DNA of 63,985 bases, counting the filler, from Sluysia triapertura (taxonomy: Eukaryota), in assembly GCA_046118255.1 (NCBI GenBank). It is 5 parts of 5 records of this genome, joined end to end, with 100 filler letters (N's around TTAATTAATTAA, not from the genome) between each part and the next. Parts side by side here need not be neighbours in the genome. Positions count along the whole stretch, not along the records: positions 53,140 to 63,985 come from JBJNIA010192739.1; 4 more parts are not named here. The stretch is one strand, 5' to 3'. The notes under the pieces were generated by a model. The model was not told the DNA's origin, did no database searches, and worked only from the letters and a program-made list of their open reading frames with translations. Position numbers and translations under genes: made by a program. Of the stretch, positions 53,207-63,985 are shown one piece after another; the stretch's first letter is position 1, and each line of letters starts with the position of its first letter.

Positions 53207-56200
53207 TGATGATGATATGAAAGAAATTTTATGAATATTAAATGTAAAAATTTTATATTTATGCATATTAAGTGTGATAATAAAAATAACCATGAAGAAA
53301 TAAAGAATTTATGAATCTTGTAGATTTTATATGCATTTTAAAAATTTTATGAATTTTTGCGGACTAATTGTGAGAGAAAAAAACATAAGCATTTAAACAT
53401 AAGATTTTAAAGAGAAATACACAAAATCACAAAAAGAATTTAGAGAAGAAATTCATATTCCGATATCTCCAACAAGCACTGTCATATTTTTTACTATATC
53501 AGAAAATTTCCTATTCATTAAACAAAAACTTTGATATAGATAAAAAAAATTATTTTGATACTGTTAGTTTTTCTACTAGTAAGTTTTTGTGCATTTAAAA
53601 TCATTTTCTTTAAGATTTTTACGAATCAATATTAAAATTCATTGTGATAATTACTGAAAGATACGATTCTTTAAATAAATAAATTATTGTTTTATTTTAT
53701 GCCTAAATATGTACATGTATATAATTGAAAAATAATAATGAGATAATAAATTAATAATAAATAAAAATGTAATGTAATATTAAGGATGTAACAACGATAT
53801 TTTCAAATATGCACTTTTATTTTTATGGCAAAACGCCTATGTCTAAATTAATAATTGTTTCAGCTTAACATTAAAGTGTGCATTAACGCAAGATTTCAAC
53901 TCACAATAAAACTCTATGTGATTCATAAATTCAGAGTAAATTTATTTAATTTATAGCATTTATAACATTGGCGGAAATAACTCGTTCGCATACAATATAA
54001 ATTAGAAAGTTAGCAATGACAGACACAAATATTTGGTATCCTAAAACCAATTCGAATACAAGTTTGATCCATGTTCCAGCTCATTTCGTTTAAAAATCGT
54101 TATTATTTTGTCAATACGATCCTAAATTAAGCAAATCTCTATTTGCCAAATTAACCTACAGAATTTCATATATCTTTTTCTATTTATTAAGTCTTGTTTG
54201 ATTCAAGACTTAAAATCTACTTAAAATATCCAACAAATTTGCAATATTTTAACTCTATGCATAGAATTTTTGTCAACAAAAGAAAGACGTGTTGCATTAG
54301 TTAAACAACTTTTCGGAGAAATAAACTGCTTTGTTGAAAACCTGCGTTCTTTGATTGCAATATTCTTTACGTCATTTTAACGGTTAAACTAAATTGATTT
54401 TAAATAGTAATTAAAATTGTAATAAATAATCTACATTTATACTGATAATTAATTCTACAAAATCATTAAGTAAAATTAAAAAATGTAGATCACTTATTTA
54501 ATAGTACATAATTATTAATTTTAAAATAACTAAATGAAGCAAGAATAGTTATTTCATGTTAAGTTCACTTATAATGAATCTGTGAAAATTATAATACTGA
54601 TTTTACATTGTAAAAAGTCACACTGCTTGAAATAATACATTTGTGACTTAAGTTATGAGAAATATTTATTAAAACTTTTATACGATTGAAACAATTATCA
54701 GTTAGGTTCCACTTCAATAAATACCTAAAATATAAAGTCAATTTCACATCTCTGAATATCAATTTAAGGAATTACTGCTTTTTATACATATTTGAATGTA
54801 ATAAATATTTAATTTAATTTGAAACGTTAAATAACAATAAATTTAATTTAGTCATATTGATATCCAAATTTTAATGTGAACTGCACACTTAACTTTTCAA
54901 ATAAAAACATTAATAATATTTCCACGATTCCCATTTTGTTTAGCACGTATACTCCATTAAGGATTCACTTTAAATCAGACATCTTTTATAGCCAGTTTTG
55001 GTTACTTAAAATGAAAATAGATTGTCTTTAATTATATTTTAAGTAATACTAGGCGTTTTTGACCACTGCACATTTATTTGAGTAGTAAATATTTAAAAGA
55101 AGCGTTAAAATATTATTAATAATATAACGCAATAGAAAATTTATTGCTTAACCTTTAGTGTACCAATTTATAAAAACTGCTGCTTACTTAAACCATTTTT
55201 TTATGAACAATCCTACTGTTCACATTACGTTTTGATATATATAACACTTGTTTATTGAATTAAATTTCATAAATTTCATAGACATAATATTCGTCTATTT
55301 TGACCATTAATTTAAATGTTAGATATATCTAACATTCGTACATTAAAGGTTAAAAACAAATTACTTGAATTTTAATGAAAATTACTCTTTATTAATGATT
55401 ACTTCCCAGAATGCCGTACGCATATTTATCCCATATATTTTACTTGTTATGTTGCCATTACAACTATTTAAAATCATAAATTTTCGAAAACAAAAAAATC
55501 TAGAAAATTCTAGAAATTTACTCTTTTGTGATTGGCTACTGGTTTGTATATGTATATGTGATTAGTATATACATAATCACAATTAGTAATTAAGTCTGTT
55601 TAGTTTTTCGTTCGACTCAATTTTATTATCACTTTTTTACATGCCTGAACAGCCATATTTTATAAATATAAAATGAATTAGTAAGTTTTTTTAATGTTAA
55701 GGTGGTTTTGCTTACAATAAATTCCACTTAAAATATTTTTGTTAATGTTTTTCACTCCAATGATTTGAAAAGTTATTTAAAATTAAAAGACCTGATAGGT
55801 TTTAATTTTAAAATCTTATAAATCATTATACCTTCTCTATCCGGTACCATAATTTTATTGTATTTTATTCTTTCTGCATAAAATTTTTAGTTAATAAGCA
55901 TTAGTAAAAAATTGTTTACTTGTTAATTTTGAGATAATTATTATAAGTTAATTGAAAATGGAATTAACATTTGCAAGTTTCGCAAACAAAATAGACCCTC
56001 ACTAAAATATAATTTTTCTACTAAGTAAATCGGAACGAATAAAAATTGAGGATTTAACGTATTCAAGAATCTGTAAAACAATTCTTTCAAACTAAAAGAC
56101 TCCATGAAAAACTGAAGTTGTAGTTTAGTTAAAGCTAATCTTACTGGAAGAGATGCATCTGTTGAAATACTTTCGCCATATCGTAGAATCTTTTAGCCAA

Positions 56201-57576
56201 ATGAATGTCATTTTCTGTTAGATTTTTCTGACCACAAATGTGAATCTTTTTTAGTAGATGTGTAATGATCATCATCATTTGATGGACTATTTGATAAGTT
56301 TTGTTTCTGATCTTACGTAGAATTTCATCAAAATAATTCTATTAGTACTAGATTGATTTGTTTTATTCATAGCAATTTCTTCCGATGTCTTATGAGTCTT
56401 GATATTGTCTGCTTTGAGTGTATTTGGATTAGTTTTTGTATTTTCATGTTTATTAGGTGATTTCAAAACACGATCTTTATGATATTCTGTACCAAATTTA
56501 TCGTTACACAGTGATGGATCGAGATCGAATATATCATGTAGTATTGGAAAGGAAATGTTGGGAAGAAAGAAAAGAATAAAAAATTGATAATAATAAGGAT
56601 AAAAGAAATGAATATAATGATAACAATAACATGGTTATTATACTTATTAATACTGAAATGTTTATGTTGAAATTTATTATGAGAATTATAAAAGTTATTA
56701 TTTGATTTTTATATTATATAACAATAATGACTATAATTATTATATATGTATATTGTTTAATACGATTTAACTTGTAATAATAAAAGCTGTAGTTCAAGAT
56801 AATTAGATTCGATGATCATGTTTGTTTTTTGAATGAGTTTAGTAATTCGTTTAATAATTTGTACACATGTGAAGTGTTTTTATGTGATGAAGTATGATGA
56901 ATTTTGTGTGATGAATTCCCTACAGTTGATTATTCAATTAATTGCTGAAAATTATTAAAGTTAAACCTTACTATTTCAAATTACAAAAATCATTGAGAAA
57001 TCAAATTATTTTAAATTCAACAATTTTTTTATCGAACGATCGGTTATAAGTATCGAGAATTGTTAATATTTAAATTAAGAAATTAAAATTGATTCTAAAA
57101 ACTTTTTGTGGTTCTATTAAGTCTTATACTTAAATGTGAACAATTTAAACTCAATAATTAATAAAAGTTCATAGAATATTTGTTTTTCTGATTTAGAAAG
57201 GTGAATTTGAGGACTCTGATACAATACTTTTAAAAATAAATTTTTCACCATTTCACCAACAGGGGCGAATTAAAGAGACCAATCGGCGGTATAAAACAAT
57301 GTTAATATTTAACGTTCAGGATTAAACTTGATTAATATTAAATTAATCAACAACACTATTAACGTTTATAATTGTCAAAATTTTAACGTAAGTATGTTAA
57401 TTTTGTACCATTAAATTGTAAATCAAGGATATGTTTATTACAAAATAATAAAACATTTATTTATTCCTATTGTGGTTATCATGGTTTTTTATTTTATGTA
57501 ATACGAAACAAGCTTGTTTATTTTATAATTGTCTTTTGTAATATATCTATATCACGTAAATTTTATTAAAATTCAG

Positions 57577-57769
57577 ACATCTAAGCAGAAAAATAGTTCT
57601 GTTAATGAACTCACAAATCATAACCGTACACCTATCAAACCGTCCAATCAAAATCTACTGCCAGAAGAAACTACTTCAACTAATCAAAAAATACATACGA
57701 CTAGTTCTAATATCAAATGTCACCACCATTATCACCATCTTCATCACAATAATGAACATAGTAGTCATG

Positions 57770-57834
<65 letters not shown>

Positions 57835-58038
57835 TCTTACACGTTTTCTCATCAACGTTTACATTTACTGGAAGTGGAAATGTCTGAATTGCGTAATCAA
57901 ATTACAAATTTAACTCATAATCTTTCCGAATGTCGATCTCAGGTTGGTAAAGAATTATATTCAAAATCTGTTTCAGATTTAGCATCACCATTGCCTTCGC
58001 TGCTTTATCAACATACAAATGTTAATGATTTTCTTTGA
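57577..58038 (+). CDS. Probable terminal exon: low-complexity His-rich/poly-Asn segment followed by a short coiled coil
   Basis: attcag acceptor and an open frame through an (AAT)21 tract, then heptad-like RLHLLEVEMSELRNQITNLTHNLSEC and a stop. Confidence 0.55.
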
Positions 58039-58610
58039 ATTTTGTTTATTTCTTTCCCGTATATTTAGTTGTTGTAGAAGGGGGTTCTTACTGAATCATT
58101 CATTTTTCCTGCAACGTTACTAATAAAATTACTACGATTTTATTTAGTTTTTATACAATTTTTTTTATTAAATCCTAATATTTTTATTGAAGACATTTAC
58201 GAAATTTTTATAAAACCTTGTGGTTAATTAAATGTAAAATAATACCAATTTGGTGTTCACTTTCAAATATCTTTTGATCTTAATTTATTTGGCCACGAGT
58301 ATTATTCTGACAACTCAAATGATGACATTTTCTTATGATACATATTTAACTGAAAAAGTCACTATTTCTTTAGAAACATTTTCATTTTCATAAAAGATAA
58401 TAAACAAACAAAGTGTAATAAATAATTCGTGGGTTTTATTATTTTTTCTTTATTAATTGGATTTTATTTTTATTTTTATTTCTTTAAAACTAGTGTAACT
58501 GTAATCACTTTACACGAAAAGATTTATATATCTACCTATTTGATAATTTGGTCGTTTATTAAAATTGGTTGGTGGGTGCTTATCTTCAAAATTATTTTCT
58601 ACAAATTTGT

Positions 58611-59160
58611 TTACCGATTAAATGATATAATAATAATAATGAAGTCTAAAGTTTTACCTTCTTTAACTAATCTTTCAATTTCTATATTTTTATCAATATC
58701 AGTGATTATATCACTCCCACTAATATCACTACTTACATCATTAATTACAATTTTAGGTAGAACTAAATATGGGTTTTCCAACTTGAAATTAAGATGATAT
58801 TGGTTAATGTCATCATTAGCTGATTTCACTATCAGCAAAATCGATTAATAAGTTGCCGTTCTTTGTTTTTTGTAATTGTTTATCCTGGAATTTTTAAAAA
58901 TGCCCTTGAAATCTAGAACACTTTCGTTGTTTTTATCTTCATCCTTTATTAAAACCATCTGAGATTCTTTGTTAACGTTCTTTAATTTTTTATTTGTAAT
59001 TTTGATTTTTTCGTCCTTTCCATCCTCAGTATTTTCAGTTTTAGATAATTCTTCAGCCAGTGTTTCTAATTCTTTATTAGCAGAAATGACTTTCCATTTG
59101 CAGAAACTTATTCTGTTTTTGAATTACTCTTTTTTCCAAAACATAATTCACGAAAATTGT
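58611..59160 (-). mobile_element. Gag-like ORF1 remnant of a non-LTR retrotransposon
   Basis: MVLIKDEDK...KNSRINNY/KTKNGNLLIDFADSE/..ENPYLVLPKIVINDVSSDISGSDIITDI resembles the pre-zinc-knuckle region of LINE ORF1 proteins. It is frameshifted. Confidence 0.5.
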
Positions 59161-60133
59161 AAATTATCTTCATTGAATTATCTAATAATTCACACATACC
59201 ACTAATTTTTAATAACAAAGTATCCTTTTCATTTTTTAACATTATATATTTAACATTTATTATACTTTTTATAACATTTTATAATACTTTCAATGTCATT
59301 ACATTTATTTTCAACCGTTAAATTCTTCATTTAAGCATTTATTATTATCTAAAGCGTTATTATTATTAGATTTATTATTAAACATAAAGCTTTAACCATT
59401 CCCTCGTGTCAAGTCAATTTTAGTCCTTAACGCTTTTTAAAATTTACTCTTAATGATACCAAACTTAGAGACTTTTAGTAAATTTTCGATCTTTGTATTT
59501 CTTCAATCACTATTATGAATATTGATTCTTTATAAAAGAATCCTAATTGTTAAACTGATAAATTTTCACTTAATTTCTTTGTGCAATATTTTAAACTTAA
59601 TTTATTATATATCTTCTTTATAGAGTTCGATACTCGTCTCTGTGGTTAAAAATTGCTGTACCTAATCAATAAATTAAGATCATAACTCTTTAAACCTTAT
59701 TCCCCAATCTCATTTTATAATAAATTAAATGCACACCTTTATTTAAATAATAATAAAAAGAAAACTTTTTGACAAATAAAATGTTAATAAAACATTTCTT
59801 TAATTATGTAAGTTTTAATAATTTACAAGAGATGAAATTTAATTAAATTATTATACAAAATTTACTTAATTTAAATTTAATTTAGGCTTAAATTTAATTA
59901 AAATAATCAATAATCAATAGTCTCAATTGTAGGTCAGTTTTTGACAAATGTACTTCTAAGTCAGACAGAAAACATCAGTATTTTCCTTGAGTAATCGCTG
60001 CAAACAAAATCGTCGTAATTTCTTGTGCTATTTATACTTAGATTAAATTCCACAAATAATAATTTAATATAGAACCAAGTTTATTAAATTCGACAAATTA
60101 TGTAAATTAAATTCATTTTATTAATACAGAATG

Positions 60134-61183
60134 TTATAGATAGATCATGGACTTAGAAATATTTATTATATAGTTATTTATTAAATAATACATTTTCTTA
60201 GTATTAAAATCAATCAGATGAATTTGAAACATATCGTTATAAATTACATACTTTGTAACTAAGCTTTTGTTATTTATTGTACAAAGATAATGAATAAAGT
60301 CTGATTTATTTTCAATGAAAATTGACACCGAACACATTGAGAAACAGTTAAAAGTCAAAGACAAAGAATGAATGTTAATAACAGAATCAAAAATTTACTT
60401 CGTTATATGAACAGCATAAGTTGGTATCAGACTTCCCTTTTGTAAGCATATGGATCGATAAATAGAAGATGGAAAACATAACTTTGTTGAAACATATAAA
60501 TTTTCTACAATGTTGGAATTCTTCTATTATATTAACTATTTTTTATTATTCTTCGTAAACCAATTGATAGTTTAAAAACTGAATTTCTTCATAGACTTGA
60601 TAAAGTTTAGAAACATCAACGTTGTTAAATTGAATTACTTTATATGAAACCAATTTATCCATTGAATCTCGTATATTTATCACATGAACTTCATTTCTAA
60701 TATACTTAATGATTTCATGAATGAGTTTCAATTCACTTACATGAGCTCCACTTATGATAGACTTGCTAACTTCGTAAAAGAGTTCCATCCTGTTTAAAGG
60801 TAGCTATCTTCGAATGATTTGGTGAGTTCATGACCAAGCTGTATTTTATTTACATAGACCAAGTTAGATTTAATAATTTCACGAATTAGCTTTGAATTAT
60901 TTACATAAGCTTTATTTAAGATAGAATTGTTAACTTCGTAAAAGTGTTTTATTTTGTTAAAAATGGAGCTATCTTTGAACGATTTAGTGAGTTCATAACG
61001 AAACTTTATTTTATTTACATGAGCTTTATTTATGATCAGTTTGATTACTTTATGGATGAATTTTGATTACGTGATAAATTTATTTATACATTCCAATAGA
61101 TCAGGAGCAAAAACGTACAAGTCGAAATTGTAGCAAGTAATGTCCATAGCTGAGTAAATTGCCGTTATAAAAATTTTTGTTCA
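60134..61183 (-). pseudogene. Frameshifted gene for an unknown protein with seven ~19-aa tandem repeats
   Basis: Repeats such as KFIHKVIKLIINKAHVNKI, KHFYEVNNSILNKAYVNNS and ELFYEVSKSIISGAHVSEL. There is a 1-nt deletion near 60796 and there are in-frame stops. Confidence 0.6.
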
Positions 61184-63973
61184 TTATATTGAGTTGAGTA
61201 CTAAATTTAGGAGCATGTAAAAATAGACAAACAGAAAATTTGCAACTTAATACGTTGCAGTAAGCTAATATATGATTGGCAAAATAATATGATATTTAAG
61301 ATGTAATCACAGAGCGTGGTATTCATCATATATCTAAAGATGAGTGCATTAAGTTAAGACATGATCAAAATATTATAAGTTCAACATTAATTAAACCATG
61401 TGATAATAGGATGACTAATGCTTTTACATATTCAACAATAAACATTGTGGAATTTTAATGCTATCAATTTATTATTAATATCTTTTAAATCATTGTGAAA
61501 TATAAGCAAGAATGAATATACTCTTGTTTTAATGAATGATATCCAATGTTTCATTCTTGATGGAGAAGGTGAGTCTTGAAAACAATTTGATAGGTTTTTA
61601 TCTATGATACCTATTTGCAAAATTATCTTAATTCAGATTCGCCTATATTATGCGGTTTACTAATGATGTACCTATAGGATTCTTTAACAATTAATGTGCT
61701 GCGTATTTTGTGTTAAGTTTATCCTTAATTCAAATTTAATAACTTCTTATCACTGAAGTATAATAATATTAATTCTATCTTAATATTTTCTTAATTGTCT
61801 ATTTTAAGTTAACGTTAATATAATTTTATTTCTTAAACAAAATAATGAAATGAATTAATTACAGGAATTTTTATTATATCAAACAATTTACTAAATTCGA
61901 AATAACATAATATTATAACAATAGAATTACTTCTAATGAAAAAGCTAATAAATAATTTAACAATGATTTTATAACTGGCTTAAGCCAGCGCCAAAGTTAA
62001 ATGATTTTATTTTTACAAATATTTTATGTAATTCCAGATTTGAAATTATTATATTAACTCTGTGTTTCCATAATATAATGATCTAGTTGAAAAAATGTTT
62101 TGAATATGAAATGCCCAAGTGTTTTACAAATTGTACCAAAAATAGCACAAATCGTGATGAAGAAAAGAATTACTTTTCTCTCAAATTTTTGTCTATTTAT
62201 AACAGTAAAATATTCAATCCATTAATCTTTTTTCCATTAAAATAATTTGATGCAGTAATTGATACGTAACTGATAAAATAAATCCATCAAATAAATAAAA
62301 TTGATTGAATACATAAATTAATTCACATGTATATCCGTTAATTTGGTGTTTTCATTGAAATGAAATATTTTGTCTAATTCAATTTACATTTTTTTGTATT
62401 AATTAATTAAATATCCATTAAAATATTTTTTAAGTAATGGTTTTTAATTGAAATTTTATTTCCAAATTTAATTATATTAATAGAAAGATTTAAACTATTT
62501 ACAAAATTTTGTTTTTCAATGCATAATATTTACCATCTGAAAAATTAAAGGCAATTATAAATATTAATAAAGATAGAACTAATATGATTTTTTTCATCCT
62601 ACGTTTAATGAGATTAAGTACAATAACTAATTTTATATTAAAAATCGAACTGGTAATGAATATTTTTATGATCTTATGTTTAACAAAATTAAAGTAAACA
62701 TTGTATTTTATGCCGCAATAAAATATATTAAAGATCTAACTAATAATGAATTTTTTTTGGGGTACATCTAATCCTGGAATTAATTAATAAAACTAAGATT
62801 CCAATGGTTATAAGAATCGAAATAAGGTTGAAATAAACTTTAACCTTTTTACTCTATTTTTAAATGTAAGTACACTCAAACATAAATTTTGTTTATGTAA
62901 ATTGAGGTAAGACAAACAAATGCAATTCTAACTTTAACTTAAATATATTTCAAGAAATTAAAATTCAGTCCAAACCATCTTCCAACTTTCAGTCAATGGT
63001 CAACAGTAATCTTGATCTTGAAGCAAATATATATATATATATATATATATTAAATTTTATATTAAAATTAAATCAAATCTTGACCATCTCAATACCTTAA
63101 AATTAACTTGTCACCGCAGTAGACAATTCGTAATTTTCAAAATTTTTTCAATGAAAATTTTTCACGCCTAATCAAACTCAATGTTTTTCTTGATTTACAT
63201 TAGAAACTAGATCCACTTGCTAGTATATACTTGACTACATTAATGGTGAATCCCCAGTCATGCAAACTTCTTTTATAATTCGTATTTCTTTTGGTCTACA
63301 GATCGTTTTCTAGTACCTCGACATACTCCAAAATTTCTTTATCAGAAAAAAAGCACTTATTCGCGTAGTAATATGTAATTCAATATCAATAATAAAATAA
63401 AATCGCGATTTATATATCCAAGCGAGCAATCGACGTTTAAATTTCGATAACCAATTCCAAATTTATACAATTTAAAGTCGTTTTATTGATCTGATTCAAG
63501 CGAGCTTAGGACGATTCGATTTAAAAAAATTTTGTTTAAGTTTCGACAATCAATTCACTTGTGCTAACCAAATTTTAAAGCGGCAAAATTTTATGTACCA
63601 AATTTCTGCAATCAGTTCTACAATAAAATATTTTTATTTCCTTCTGGTGGAAAAACACCTTATATGTCAATGATTTCTCAAAAATAAATTTCTTTCTATA
63701 GTTAGCCTCGTTCTTTGGCCAACTTTTAATCTATCACTATAGATACATTTTTCTAATTTTCTATATATTCTCATTTATTTGGCATTTTCTTTCATATGAT
63801 GTAATAATGTAATTCACATTCCATAATGTAATTATGTTTGTCAAAAAATTCAATAGGAAATTTACATCTGCCCATTACATGTACATTCTTAAATTTTACT
63901 TACATACAAATTTAGTATAAGTTATATTATATGCATACATGTGGAATTTTTCGTGCATATTAATTCTATAGAT

Positions 63974-63985
63974 CAGTGGTGTCAA
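63974..63985 (+). mobile_element. Probable hAT (Charlie-type) TIR start at window end
   Basis: ctatagat followed by CAGTGGTGTCAA; only 12 bp are visible. Confidence 0.35.

Overview
This is very AT-rich eukaryotic genomic DNA (roughly 20-25% GC by eye) with spliceosomal introns and abundant (AAT)n/(TTA)n microsatellites. CFAP57 implies an organism with motile cilia, probably an invertebrate animal; I cannot fix the species. The window is an artificial concatenation of five scaffolds joined by N44-TTAATTAATTAA-N44 linkers, so adjacency across the linkers means nothing. Recognisable genes: the first three coding exons of CFAP57/WDR65; three intact exons of a vasohibin (tubulin detyrosinase) homologue whose catalytic Cys codon is Ser, with decayed upstream exons; the terminal exon of a GT14 core-2/I-branching GlcNAc-transferase; and a poly-Asn/His-rich terminal exon. 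The rest is mostly relics: two divergent RLE (NeSL/Utopia-like) non-LTR retrotransposon 3' ends, Tigger/pogo, mariner and hAT remnants, TTAA-flanked MITEs, a SNF1/AMPK-like kinase pseudogene, a tandem pair of uL10/RPLP0 N-terminal domains, a frameshifted 19-aa-repeat protein gene, and a dispersed repeat carrying a tRNA-like module with an unpaired anticodon stem. All homology calls come from manual translation and remembered motifs; no database search was run.
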